Assembly: GCF_001194135.2 (NCBI RefSeq)
Contig: NC_068992.1
Location: 10,944,819 to 11,008,818, forward strand
Source of the DNA: Octopus bimaculoides
Taxonomy: Eukaryota
Direction of reading: 5' to 3'
Length of the DNA: 64,000 nt
Shown here: positions 40,590 through 54,445 of the stretch, piece by piece
Layout of the letters: every line of letters starts with the position of its first letter
How positions within the stretch are numbered: the first letter of the stretch is position 1
The notes under the pieces: model-generated
The model's database searches: none
Seen by the model: the letters and a program-made list of their open reading frames with translations, nothing else
Told to the model about the DNA's origin: nothing
Position numbers and translations under genes: made by a program

Positions 40590-40745
40590 CACGATGGGCT
40601 TCTTTCAGTTTTCATCTATCAAACCCTCTCATAAGGTTTTGGTTGGCACAAAGCTATAGTAGAAGACACTTGCCCAAGGTCATGCAGTGGTACAGAACCT
40701 GGAACCATACGGGAGGAAGCCAGCTTCTAACCACACAACCAGCCA
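40590..40745 (-). mobile_element. SINE 5' fragment (34287 family)
   Basis: gatgggcttctttcagtt...gaagacacttgcccaaggt...cacaacc. Confidence 0.7.
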
Positions 40746-42005
40746 TGTCTGTGTCTTCATACAAGTCTTGCATAGTATGTTGTTATCATTATCACTGTAG
40801 TCATCTTCATTATCAACATCATGGACCTCATTATCATGGACCACATCGTCCAATTTATCTATGCTTGCATGGCTCAGATTAAATTCAATGATGCAGATAT
40901 TCCTTGACTGGAAGTTCTTCCTTTTGCCAATCCTAACTATTTTCCAATCAAGGTAAATATTCCTCAACTCTTTCACACACAACAGCACAATGATTTGGCA
41001 TATTTTCATAGAAGATTGCAAGGAACTGACACTGCTTGAGACAAAGATATTTACTATTATCATGTGATGTTAAGACTAGGAGACACGAAGACTCACACAC
41101 ACTCACCCACACATGCTCACACTTACATGAACACACACTCACACACACACACACACCTACGCACACACACATGCTCCCACTTACATGCACACACATACAC
41201 TCATGCATACACACACTAACATACACACGAACAAATGCATACACACATACATTATAGATACAATGTGCTTCTTTCAGTTTCTGTTTACTGAATGAACTTA
41301 TAAGGATTTGATTGGCTTGCAGCCATAAAAGAAAAGACTTGCCTAAGGTGCTGTGCAGTGGGACAGAACCTGAAAGTGTGCCATTGACAAGGAAACTTTT
41401 TAACTACTACAAGGCTATGCCTACATCTACACAAATTTCTTCAGTATGCGGCCATATCTGCACCTATGTGTGTGTATATCTGTTTGTAGGAATTAGTGTG
41501 TGTGTGTGTGTGTGTGTGATTTTTGCTAATTTGATTAGCAGGGAATTAATAGCAAATTAGTTGTGATTTGATGGAATTAACAGTTTCTTCTAAAAGCCTC
41601 TGGGAAGAATACCTAATGGTGACAATTATATTCAATGATTTTTCTCTTCTTTACCCTAAAGCTGTTGCTGATAGTGATAGAGTATAATGGAATATGGTTG
41701 GTGCCATCTAATAGAAACATGCCACAGAAGAATCTGTGTATCATAAAATAAATGGTGTGTACAAGAATATAAAAATTTGCTTAATCCCCTTGAAAAATAT
41801 AGTTTCCATTTTATTAAAAGTAAAGTTGTTATTCAGAAAATATTATTATCATAATAACAACGACGACACCACCACCACCACCACCACCACCACCACCACC
41901 ACGAATGACTACTACTACTACTACTACTACTTGTTGTAGCAGTAGCAGCAGCATTATCATCATTATTACATACAACGAATACTGGAAGTTATACACACAA
42001 TATGT

Positions 42006-42049
<44 letters not shown>

Positions 42050-42906
42050 TTCGTATGTGTATTTCGTGTGCAAGATTCTTGATGTGGATACGTGTGTTGA
42101 AAGAAATACAATTAAACCTTGGGAGAGGCATTATGCCGGTAATAAACACACGCACTGGTTCAGTCCTTTATTAATTTAATTTATATAGTTTTTTGTTATA
42201 ACAAAAAACTATATAAATTAAATTAATANNNNNNNNNNNNNNNNNNNNNNNNNNNNNNNNNNNNNNNNNNNNNNNNNNNNNNNNNNNNNNNNNNNNNNNN
42301 NNNNNNNNNNNNNNNNNNNNNNNNNNNNNNNNNNNNNNNNNNNNNNNNNNNNNNNNNNNNNNNNNNNNNNNNNNNNNNNNNNNNNNNNNNNNNNNNNNNN
42401 NNNNNNNNNNNNNNNNNNNNNNNNNNNNNNNNNNNNNNNNNNNNNNNNNNNNNNNNNNNNNNNNNNNNNNNNNNNNNNNNNNNNNNNNNNNNNNNNNNNN
42501 NNNNNNNNNNNNNNNNNNNNNNNNNNNNNNNNNNNNNNNNNNNNNNNNNNNNNNNNNNNNNNNNNNNNNNNNNNNNNNNNNNNNNNNNNNNNNNNNNNNN
42601 NNNNNNNNNNNNNNNNNNNNNNNNNNNNNNNNNNNNNNNNNNNNNNNNNNNNNNNNNNNNNNNNNNNNNNNNNNNNNNNNNNNNNNNNNNNNNNNNNNNN
42701 NNNNNNNNNNNNNNNNNNNNNNNNNNNNNNNNNNNNNNNNNNNNNNNNNNNNNNNNNNNNNNNNNNNNNNNNNNNNNNNNNNNNNNNNNNNNNNNNNNNN
42801 NTATATATATATATATAGATAGATAGATAGATAGGTAGATAGATATATACACACATATATTTATATATTCACAGATGGCTAGATATGTATACGGATGCAT
42901 ACAATG

Positions 42907-42938
<32 letters not shown>

Positions 42939-44099
42939 TTGCATATGTCAACATACTAAATATCTTATGAAGCTAAAGTAGAGCCTAACCATCTGTTAGA
43001 GTAAATGCCATCTAGAAATATGCTAAATTTCGAGAAAGAATGACATCTCTACTGAATAGCCAATCTAGAAACCTTAAATGAGCAGATATATATATTTTTA
43101 AATAGCATAGCATTCCAGTGGAAATGCATACATGATTTTCAGTTTGACATTTCTGTAGGAAAATGAAGCCATATTTTGAGATTTTCTGTTATTGTGAATG
43201 TGAAGGAATAAGTTTAACTTGTAATATGCAAATGTCATCTTGTTTTACGAAACATGAATTATGCTTGCTGTTGGATGTACAATGGAAAATTGAGGGCTGT
43301 TTGTACCATTATGGACATTGCTCCAAGTTAAATGCAGCAATGTTAGGAATGAACTCGTTAAATAAAAAGTGATTTGTCAAAGATTCACTCTAATTCCCTC
43401 TGGTAGTATTCTTCACACACACACACACACATACACACACAAACACAAACACACACAAACACAAACACACACACACACAGACATACACACACGCATACAC
43501 AAACACACGCACACATACACAGATATGGACATACACACAATACATACGCACACACACATATATACACACATATACACACACGCGGATGCATTATTTGTTA
43601 TTGTTCTTTGTGTTGCAAGTTTAATTCCTGCTACTCCCTCCATGGGTGGTAGACTTGATGCCTTTAGCAGAGTCAACTCTGTTGTAAGTATATGTGGAAA
43701 TCCCTGTTTTGAAAATACTTCCATCCACCAGTCTCAGAGGCTCCATAAGGGGTTATGAGCACTGCTTTCCCTCCTGATTAAAAGATAAAGAAGAGAAAAA
43801 AGGGCTCCCCACATATGGCAGGAGCAGTATCGTCTGTGTGGTTAAGAAGTCTGCTTCACAACTGCACTGTTGCAGAGTTCAGTCCCACTGTGAAGCATTT
43901 AACTGATTATGAACTTATTGTAAACAATACCCAGATGCACTACAACTCATTGGAAAAGAGTAAAAGAGGGCAAAAAAAAAGAAAACAAAATGGCAATAAA
44001 TCAAGGGAAGAAATGCTGGAATGATAACCAATGCTGCATGCACAGAACACAGAATAAAACATAAGAAGTCAACAGTAAAAGATCTTTAAAAAGGAAAGG

Positions 44100-45420
44100 A
44101 TGCATAGGCACCATAGGTGCATAAGCATAGATTTGGCAAATTTTGGAAAGCATGGACATTTCGAAGAATGCAGTGCTTTGACAGCCAGTGTCTGTCAAGG
44201 TTTGAAAAATGCATAAATTTGTACAGCATTAAAATGCCTAGTGACACTAAAAGAACTGATGCAGAGGCTGCTACAATTATCCTGAACAGAGAGAAAATGA
44301 TTGCTGAAAGGGGTTACACACCAGAGAAAGTATACAATGTGGATGAGACTGTACTTTTCTGGAAGTGCATAACTGCTAGGACTTTTATTTCTCAAGAAGC
44401 AAAATCAACACTTGAATTTAAAGCTTCCAAATATCATCTGACATTTCTTTTAGCAGGAATTGCTGTTGGTGATATGAAATTAAAGCTGATTCTTTAGTAT
44501 CACTCCAAAAATCTAAGGTTTTTCAAGGATTACACAAAGTTTAATCTATTTCTGATTTGGTATTTAAATAAGAAAGAATGGATGATGAACATCCTTTTCA
44601 AAGAGTGGTTTACAAACACTTTTTATTCTGCAGTAGAAAGGTACGGTTCCCAGTGTAATATTTCCAAAAAAAGCATTATTTATTTTAGACAATGCACCAA
44701 GCTACCCAACAAACTCAGGTGACCTTTCTGATAATGTGAGAGTAGAATATATCCACAAAAATACAACTTCTTTGTTCTAGCCAATTAATCAAGATGTGAT
44801 TGCCAACTTCAAGGCATATCATATGAGATGAACTTGCAAAGAACTTATGAAAACAACTGACAATGAGTATAAGTGATTTTGGAAGAAATTCAACATAACA
44901 GATGCCGTAGATAATATAGATGAGTCATAAGATAAAGTGAAACCTTCAACTTTAAATAGTGCTTGGGAAAGTATATGGCCAGACTGTATCCACTTTCCTT
45001 CAGCAGAAAGTTTACATTGAATTTGGAAGGATATTGTAAAACTTGCAAAAGATGTAGGATTTGAAGGAGTCATAGAGAACAGTGTGATTGAGTTGCTAGT
45101 GTCCCAGAAAAGAAGTTTATCTAATGAGGAACTGTTACGAAAAGAATAAGCTTTTCTTTTTGTACTGTTACAAAGAAATGTCACAAAAAAACAAGCTGAG
45201 AATACAGAGGAAACAATGGAAGTTCCACCTACAAAACTTAAATTGACTACAAAAACTATTACTAAAGAGTTAACACTTATAAAGTCTGCAGATTTTTGCT
45301 GATAATGATCCTAATTGTTAATATAACATTAAAATTACAAAAGGAGGCTACATGAGCTCAATTCCTCTGTACAAAGAGATGATGTGTTATAAACAAGTGA
45401 CAAAGGATAAGTCCTTCACC
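44100..45420 (+). mobile_element. pogo/Tigger transposase pseudogene (DDE_1, CENP-B-like)
   Basis: GYTPEKVYNVDETVLFWK...FKASKYHLTFLL.G..GDMKLK, LDNAPSYP, PINQDVIANFKAY, W.KFNITDAV, AWESIWP; several stops and frameshifts. Confidence 0.92.
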
Positions 45421-45859
45421 TCTCAATCTGATATTTGTGATAGTAAACTGTAATATTGTCCCTAATCCTCCAAGTAATGCTCGTTCCATCTCCACCCCTC
45501 ATACAGTTGTCAACATCTTTGGAGCTAAGAAGGTACTCATACAGTAATATGTTTCTTATTAACTCTCCAACTTATTCCTCTTGAAATGTTTTTTGTGTTT
45601 CCATGTATCTGTACCATGGATGGTTTAGAAATAGATATTTTCATGTATGATGGTGACTGTGTTCCTTGTTCTCTGTTGTGTTCTTGTGTTTATTTTCTTT
45701 TACTTTTTTAAAATGTATGTCGGAACACAATCTCATTGGATGATATGAAAATTATTAGGAAAATTAATATCCCATTACAAAATTTCATGTTATGGCCAGA
45801 TTTTCAAGTTCCATTACATCCATAATGCAAGAGATTAATGTGTATATGTGTATGCATGT

Positions 45860-45911
<52 letters not shown>

Positions 45912-46849
45912 TTAAGTATGTATTTAATTGCTGTTTTGTACACACTATTACATACATTGAACCTTCAGCAAGTCGTTAGGTATTTTCTTTTCATAGCAAA
46001 GAGATAATAATGTAATGCTGAATTAACTTCTATATACTTGACATTTGTCTTCAAATTCCCTTAACTTGAGGCTAATTTAAAATGGCTATATTTAAAATAA
46101 ACCATACCATAGCAACTTGTGATTGCATGTTGTACAAAAGAAACGTTATCACATTAGATTTCAAGTAGTAGTGTGTTTCGCAAAGGTAGGGGTAATATCC
46201 AATAAAGCTTCGAAGTGAGAGCTCTTTCAAGAGAAACTACATTCACTTCATTCTAAGGAAGTATGCATATCCCTGTTGACATAACCTAAATCTATATCAC
46301 TCTATTTAATTCTGAAACATGTTCTGATTAAATCTGCAAAGCTTTCAATATGGAGGAATATCTACTATAACATTGGTTGTAGTAAATAAAATTAAATCTC
46401 TCATAAATGAATTTATTCTAATGAATTCTATTTTGATGCTGCACCGTTCTAATGCTAGAAACTTGGGCAAAGATTGTAATCCATTATTTTGGAAGTAAAC
46501 ATTCTCTACAGATTGTATGATTTTAATATAACATTGCCATAAAATTTCCAACATTACTTTTGTGCCGACTACTTTTGCATTTATTTATTCCTTTGCTCCA
46601 AGAAATTAGAGGGGTTAAGATCCCCCAAATAGTTATACACATTTTCTCGACTAAGCTTTATTTAGTATACACACATACACATGCACACACACATGTATGT
46701 ATGTACGCATGTATGTATGTATGTATGTATATATGTATGTATGTATGCATGTATGTATATATATAGATATAGATATAGATAAAACTTACTTGGAAGAGGA
46801 TACAGGGCGTTCAATCATATGATAATATAAATAATATATATATAATTCT

Positions 46850-47231
46850 TTATACTCTTTACTCTTTTACTTGTTTCAGTCATTTGACTGCGGCCACGCT
46901 GGAGCACTGCCTTTAGTCGAGCAAATGGACCGCAGGACTTATTCTTTGGAAGCCTAGTACTTATCCTATCGGTCTCTTTTGCCGAACCGCTAAGTTATGG
47001 GGACATAAACACACCAGCATTGGTTGTCAAGTGATGTTGTGGGGACAAACACAGACACACAAACATATATAGATATCTATATACATATATACGATGGGCT
47101 TCTTTCAGTTTCCGTCTACCAAATCCACACACAAGGCTTTGGTCGGCCTGAGGCTATAGTAAAAGACACTTGCCCAAGGTGCCACGCAGTGGGATTGAAC
47201 CCAGAACCATGTGGTTGGTAAGCAAGCTACT
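46850..47231 (-). mobile_element. tRNA-derived SINE, near full length, inside a hairpin element
   Basis: Reverse complement of the 34287 family with an (aaagagt) tail at 46850-46870. Confidence 0.9.
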
Positions 47232-47331
47232 TATATATATATATATATATATATATATACTATTTATATTATTATATGATTGAACACCACGCATCCTCTT
47301 CCAAGTAAGTTTTATCTAAGTAATTCTGATG

Positions 47332-47371
<40 letters not shown>

Positions 47372-47499
47372 AGTGTATAAATATGTGTGTGTGTGTGTAT
47401 GTGTGTGTTTGTGTGAGTCTAAATACATGTATGCATGTATAGGAGTGTCTTTTTCTTTTGACATATGTGAGAGTTGTAAATGAATTTCACCATCATGCT

Positions 47500-47713
47500 A
47501 GTGAAAACATGTCCAGCCATAAGGAAATTTTATACTTTGCTTGGAAACAGGTGAGGATTGGTGACAGGAAAGGCATCCAGCTGTAGAAAATCTGTTTCAA
47601 CAAATTCCATCATGACTCAAGCCAGCATGGCAATCCAAGTCTAACCCATGCCAGCATGGAAAATGGTTGTCAAAGGATGATGAGGAATTATAAACATTAC
47701 AGATAATCATCAA

Positions 47714-47759
<46 letters not shown>

Positions 47760-47760
47760 T
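47500..47760 (+). mobile_element. SINE-like repeat with (CAT)n-rich flank
   Basis: ggaaacaggtgaggattggtgacaggaaaggcatccagctgtagaaaatctg...ccatgccagcatggaaaatgg. Confidence 0.7.
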
Positions 47761-48483
47761 AAGATTCTGTATCAGCAGAACATAATAATCCTAAAACTTC
47801 TTTTGTATTTTTTCTGTCGTAGGCAAAAAATATCTCCATTTTTGACTGAAGTCTTATTGCAATTAAGATCTCTGCACAAAATCACCTACATTCATAATTT
47901 TACTTGGCTTTATGCAAGGGAATGGGTGAAAAAATGAAGCATTTTTCACACTTTGAACCACTGCTGCAAAAATCAGTCCAGGATATAAAATCAAGGACAC
48001 ATGCACTTTTTGTGAAAAATGAAGTCAGTGAGTATACAAAGATTGTGACATGATTGGTGAAAATGAATGGCAAACCTGGATCCAACTTGAGAGAGCACTA
48101 CAGAAACACTTGGCCGATCAACAGAAACAGTTCTGTCCCCAAATTTTGTCGACCTATGTTGGCATCATCATTGGCATTATCGTCATCATCGTCACCACTA
48201 CCACCACCACCTCCACCACCGCTACCACTACCACCACCACCATCATCACCACCAGCAGCACCACCATCACCATCATCGTCAGCATCGATATTGTCATCAT
48301 CATCATTATTATTATTTGCATAGAATGTATTTTTAATTTAGCTTTGTATTAATGATTGATCATCAAAATTTAGCAGCAGCTTCTATATAATTTTTTCAAT
48401 AAATCGGCTTAAATTTCATTTCTACATTTCAATTCATCAGAATCTTTTTGGCTGTCTAAAATTAGTCAGCTTCTCCCTGTGTT

Positions 48484-48542
<59 letters not shown>

Positions 48543-49334
48543 NNNNNNNNNNNNNNNNNNNNNNNNNNNNNNNNNNNNNNNNNNNNNNNNNNNNNNNNNN
48601 NNNNNNNNNNNNNNNNNNNNNNNNNNNNNNNNNNNNNNNNNNNNNNNNNNNNNNNNNNNNNNNNNNNNNNNNNNNNNNNNNNNNNNNNNNNNNNNNNNNN
48701 NNNNNNNNNNNNNNNNNNNNNNNNNNNNNNNNNNNNNNNNNNNNNNNNNNNNNNNNNNNNNNNNNNNNNNNNNNNNNNNNNNNNNNNNNNNNNNNNNNNN
48801 NNNNNNNNNNNNNNNNNNNNNNNNNNNNNNNNNNNNNNNNNNNNNNNNNNNNNNNNNNNNNNNNNNNNNNNNNNNNNNNNNNNNNNNNNNNNNNNNNNNN
48901 NNNNNNNNNNNNNNNNNNNNNNNNNNNNNNNNNNNNNNNNNNNNNNNNNNNNNNNNNNNNNNNNNNNNNNNNNNNNNNNNNNNNNNNNNNNNNNNNNNNN
49001 NNNNNNNNNNNNNNNNNNNNNNNNNNNNNNNNNNNNNNNNNNNNNNNNNNNNNNNNNNNNNNNNNNNNNNNNNNNNNNNNNNNNNNNNNNNNNNNNNNNN
49101 NNNNNNNNNNNNNNNNNNNNNNNNNNNNNNNNNNNNNNNNNNNNNNNNNNNNNNNNNNNNNNNNNNNNNNNNNNNNNNNNNNNNNNNNNNNNNNNNNNNN
49201 NNNNNNNNNNNNNNNNNNNNNNNNNNNNNNNNNNNNNNNNNNNNNNNNNNNNNNNNNNNNNNNNNNNNNNNNNNNNNNNNNNNNNNNNNNNNNNNNNNNN
49301 NNNNNNNNNNNNNNNNNNNNNNNNNNNNNNNNNN
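48543..49334. other. Largest assembly gap (others at about 18757, 19675, 34277, 36736, 37758, 39630, 42229 and 50648)
   Basis: Runs of N, mostly bordered by (TA)n. Confidence 0.99.
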
Positions 49335-50449
49335 TATATATATATATATATATATATATGATATATGTAATATTTATATATCTAAGCTCGTATATGTGTA
49401 TATGCATCATAGGTTTATATATTTTCTATGCTGTGTCTATGTGTGCGTATGTATAAATGATGTTACAGAATATATATATATATATATATATATCTATATA
49501 TATATATATGTATACATTTAAATATATATATACATACAGATTTATGTATATATACATACACACACACACATAAATATATATATATATGCATACAAATATA
49601 TATATATATGTATCACTGGACTTGTGTATATATGCATTACCCGTGGCTTAATTGTTTGAAAGCATACACATGTTGTGCGTAAGTATATATGTTTTGCAGA
49701 TGTAAAGACTTACATTTTGTACGTATACAGAGGCTCTCCCCAAAGCAAGTAATAGTCAAACAAGTTTTACATTTTAAAATCTGACAGATTTATGGTATCA
49801 TCATCGTCGTTGTTGTCATCATTGTTGTCGTCATCGTTGTTGTCATCATTGTTGTCGTCATCGTCATCGTCATCATCGTGGTCGTCATCGTTGCCCTCGT
49901 CGTCATCAACATATCTAATGTACATAAATATACGCATTTATGTATATTAGATAGATATTACAAGCCTCTTGCACTCTTCCGTCTTTGGATTTCTACTCAT
50001 TCAAAAATGTTCTCAGTTAATTTATTCATGTGTGCGTGTGAACATAAATATATATATATGTGTGTGTGTGTGTGTATGCACTTGTGTGTGTGTGTGTGTG
50101 TGTGTGTACCTTTTAAGAGCTTTTCAGAACTATAGTTGTTACTTAAGTTTCATGTTTTACCTGTTGCATACCTATCTCTAGCATTAGTAATATATGCTGA
50201 AAAATTCATGTATGTTGATACATATATAAATACAATTCAAGTATGTGTGTGTGTGTGTGTGTGTGCTCTTAATTAGTATGTGCAGCAAATAAGTAAGTGG
50301 AAGAAAAATACTAGTTTTAATTACCTTTATCTTATTACAATATAAGATACAATTCCTTTGAGTTGTTATTGTACAATGACAAGTTGCAGTTCTGTTACCC
50401 ATTTGGTAGGTGGTTGAGATCATTTTTTATTGACTGCTAGGAGACTGGA

Positions 50450-50603
50450 TTGAGCACTGCCTTTAGTCGAGCAAATCGACCCCAGGACTTATTCTTTGTA
50501 AGCCTAGTACTTATTCTATTGGTATCTTTTGCTGAAAAGCTAAGTTACGTGGACGCAAACACACCAAGTGATGCTGGGGGGACAAACAGACACACAAACA
50601 TAT

Positions 50604-50647
<44 letters not shown>
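50450..50647 (-). mobile_element. SINE 3' half (34287 family), cut by an assembly gap
   Basis: gagcactgcctttagtcgagcaaatcgaccccaggacttattctttg matches 46900-46960. Confidence 0.85.
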
Positions 50648-51636
50648 NNNNNNNNNNNNNNNNNNNNNNNNNNNNNNNNNNNNNNNNNNNNNNNNNNNNN
50701 NNNNNNNNNNNNNNNNNNNNNNNNNNNNNNNNNNNNNNNNNNNNNNNNNNNNNNNNNNNNNNNNNNNNNNNNNNNNNNNNNNNNNNNNNNNNNNNNNNNN
50801 NNNNNNNNNNNNNNNNNNNNNNNNNNNNNNNNNNNNNNNNNNNNNNNNNNNNNNNNNNNNNNNNNNNNNNNNNNNNNNNNNNNNNNNNNNNNNNNNNNNN
50901 NNNNNNNNNNNNNNNNNNNNNNNNNNNNNNNNNNNNNNNNNNNNNNNNNNNNNNNNNNNNNNNNNNNNNNNNNNNNNNNNNNNNNNNNNNNNNNNNNNNN
51001 NNNNNNNNNNNNNNNNNNNNNNNNNNNNNNNNNNNNNNNNNNNNNNNNNNNNNNNNNNNNNNNNNNNNNNNNNNNNNNNNNNNNNNNNNNNNNNNNNNNN
51101 ATATATATGTATGTATTTATATATAGATGTATATATATTCAAATTTTGGCTAACATTTGAAGTCGATGTCAGTCTCAGAATAGATAGATTAATAAAAATA
51201 GAAATTAAATACAACCTCTGAAATAAAACCACTTATAAAACTATCAATGCGTATTTTATCCATTTTATTTGAATGTAAATATTTCTGTAAGGAATAACTT
51301 TTGAAACAAGGTATAATTCCACTGCAATTATACTTCAAACTCATTTTATCTGGAAACATTTTCAATTTAATTTCAGGTCTTTCTTTAATTTTCTCTGTTT
51401 TGATAGTTTAAGGCAAAAGTGAAATGAAAGAAATAAAATCAGCTGTTCAATGATGAAAACATCTTCTTATGTTTTCTTCAACAAATTTTACAAATTTGAT
51501 GTTTATCTTATCAAGCTATCCTTCTATATTTGTCCATCTCTATATATTTCCCTGTCTCTATCTATCTTCATTTTTAACTTTTCTGTCTCTGTTTAACTAT
51601 CTGTCTATATGTGTGTCTCTCTCTATCTTTCCATGC

Positions 51637-51685
<49 letters not shown>

Positions 51686-51719
51686 CAACATCTGTCTTTT
51701 GGATTCTGGTTCAAAGTGA

Positions 51720-52359
51720 TAGACCTCGGTCTCATTAGTGACTATTTTCTCGCCAAAAACACTTCAACTTCATCATTGCAACAGTTAAGTAAGAGTTGAT
51801 AGATCTCCACATGATTGCACTTATGTACCTGTCTCAGACAGACTTTACAGAAATGATGTTTGTTGTGGATGATTTCGTATGCAGAACTATGATTAATTTG
51901 CAGATGACATAACACCTCATCGATGGTCACTCATTGGTTCACCAGAACCATCTCTCTGGCTTGATGAATCTTCACATAAGTAGTGGAGGTGGATGGGCTT
52001 CCTGCTTCCTCTTCACACTTGTCCAGACATTTTTAAACTTCTTGATCTACTCATACACATTTGTACCTGGTAGAATGCTGTCCCTGTATTATAATGAAAG
52101 CCTGCAATGAATTTCAGCCCCTAACAATATTCAGACCAGAGATATCAGGTCACTGATCTGTTTTCTTCTTTGGTGCACACTGCCAGGGGAGTGCCTATGT
52201 TTACTCTAATTCAAGAAAGAAAACTGGAGTGATCAAGATCAAACCTGAGTTACATAACCATAAGAATACTACCCTTTAGCATGCAAATGCTAAAAGCTGT
52301 TCAGTAACCTAAAGAGAGTTTCTGGTGAAAGTGCACATCATTTTCGAATACCCCTCGTA
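51720..52359 (-). mobile_element. Mariner transposon remnant (left TIR plus N-terminal transposase)
   Basis: TA|CGAGGGGTATTCGAAAATG terminus at 52359; CTKEE.RSV..LWSE, then TIDEVLCHLQINHSSAYEIIHNKHHFCKVC, ending near the IVTGDETW position. Confidence 0.85.
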
Positions 52360-52662
52360 TATAAAAACAAATTAATTAAGATTCACAATTTTCTCATTAC
52401 CATCACTTTATTATGATTCATTTAATAACAAACAACATTTCATTTTCTCTTGCTGTGAGCGGTTCATATTTTCTAGAATATTTTTTCTTTATTACAAAAC
52501 GTATAATAAGGTTGCTTGCGGGTTCATTTTTAATTCTTTCTCTCAATGTCAAGTAAATATTTCAAATCATTTCCGAATCAAATATAAAATGACACATTTT
52601 AAATGGTCAAAATTAAATTAAAGATAAGTTTACCAATGTTTATAATCTTCCTTAATTAACAG

Positions 52663-52852
52663 GATGCTTATATTTGGTGTCTAAGTAGAATCGGTAACAG
52701 GAATAACATTACTTGGTCACTTCAAATAACAACAGAGGTATGCTTTTGTACATTTTTTCTTGGTATTGTGTATTATTTGAACTTCCTCTCTTCTTCCATT
52801 TTTTTTCTACTTCCCTTGGTTTTTACAGATAAAAATATTTACACTCCAATGA
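52663..52852 (+). CDS. Unverified two-exon candidate (52663-52737, intron 52738-52828, 52829-stop)
   Basis: Acceptor ttccttaattaacag, 75-nt open phase 0-0 exon, donor GAG|gtatgc, long pyrimidine tract ending tttttacag; no homology recognised. Confidence 0.3.
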
Positions 52853-53274
52853 TCCTTAAAACTGTTTTCCTTTTTCTTTTTTGCATTTATTCTGAAAAAA
52901 ATATATAAATAAATAAACATGAAAAAACAGAGATAAAACCTAATTGGCATCTATTTCTACAATTGTGAGTTTTCCTGCAGAAGGATTTGCTGCCAACAGA
53001 TTCATAGAAAAAGCCCTAAGGAGCCTTGGATTCCATAGGATATGTAGCACAAGTTGTAAGATTGCTTGCTCATATTCTATAGTGAAGCCATACGTAGATC
53101 TGTTGGCAAGTATTTTGAAAACTGCAAATGGTTCCATCAATCAAAATTCTTGCATTGAAGCTGCAACATCTTTAGAAATCCTGCAAGTAAACAAGTATTT
53201 TTTTTTCAGAGTGACAGCATCATGAAAAAGCATGATGTTAAAAATTGTCAGGAACAAGAACATATCTGCATGCA

Positions 53275-53347
53275 CAAACACACACACACACACACACACA
53301 CAGACACATGCACACGCACGCACACACACACACACACACACACAGAG

Positions 53348-53390
<43 letters not shown>

Positions 53391-53645
53391 CATACACACA
53401 CAGAAACATACACACATACAAACACATAAATACTCACAAACACACATACATACACAAATATACACACACATGTGCATACACAAGCACAAACACATAAACG
53501 CATACGCACACACACACTGCAGAAACACACACATGCTCACACACACACGTGCACTCACACATGCACACACTTACATGCATGTACGCACACACACACGCAT
53601 GCATGCACACACACATGTACATATTCACACACACACATGTACGCA
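53275..53645. repeat. Degenerate (CA)n-rich tract of about 370 bp
   Basis: Directly visible; explains the HT/CV ORFs. Confidence 0.95.
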
Positions 53646-54138
53646 TACTCTATCACATCTCTCATCTTCTGATAATAATGGTTGTAAATATGTGAGGGTG
53701 GAGGCATATGGCTTCATGGCTAGGTTGTTGCGCTCATGAATATAAGACTGTGATCTCAATTCCTGGGCTGGGCAATACATTATGCACTTGAGCAGAGCAC
53801 TTCATGTCACATTGGTCCAGTCCACTCACCTAACAAAAAAGTTTGTGACCCTGCAACATGCAGATGTTCCATCCAGGAGTGGTGGTGGTGGTGGGGGTCA
53901 ATATACAGACCACAGAATTTAGGCAACTGGCCTGGTGATCCTATGGCTTGGGAAGGATCCTTCATCCTTTTTGAAACGTGTCAGTCATGGCTGTATGGTT
54001 AAGAGTTTTATTTGTAATCCCCTTGGATCTAGGTTCAGAGCTATCACATGGCACCTTGTGCAAGTGTTTTCTATTATGGTCTCAGGTTAACCATAGATTC
54101 ATAAATTGATTTGGTACATAGAAACGAAAAAGAAACAA

Positions 54139-54369
54139 CGCGAGCTGGCAGAAACGTTAGTACGCTGGGTGAAACGCTTAGCGGTATTTCGTCTGCTGCT
54201 ACGTTCTGAGTTCAAATTCCGCCAAGGTCAACTTTGCTTTTCATCCTTTTGGGGTCGATTAAATAAGTACCAGTTATGCACTGGGGTCGATATAATTGAC
54301 TTAATCTGTTTGTCCGTCCTTGTTTGTTCCTTCTATGTTTAGCCCCTTTGTGGGCAGTAAAGAAATAAG
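54139..54369 (+). mobile_element. tRNA-derived SINE, near full length
   Basis: cgagctggcagaaacgttag...tctgagttcaaattccgcc...aagtaccagtt...cttgtgggcagtaaagaaataag. Confidence 0.88.
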
Positions 54370-54390
54370 AAAATGAAAAGAAACTTGTCA

Positions 54391-54445
<55 letters not shown>

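Noticed and set aside
43163-43372. Cys-rich 69-aa ORF
   Set aside because: No recognisable cysteine spacing, signal peptide or donor site.
52940-53225. Opposing ORFs of 93 aa and 66 aa
   Set aside because: No splice-consistent frame; probably an unassigned LINE remnant.
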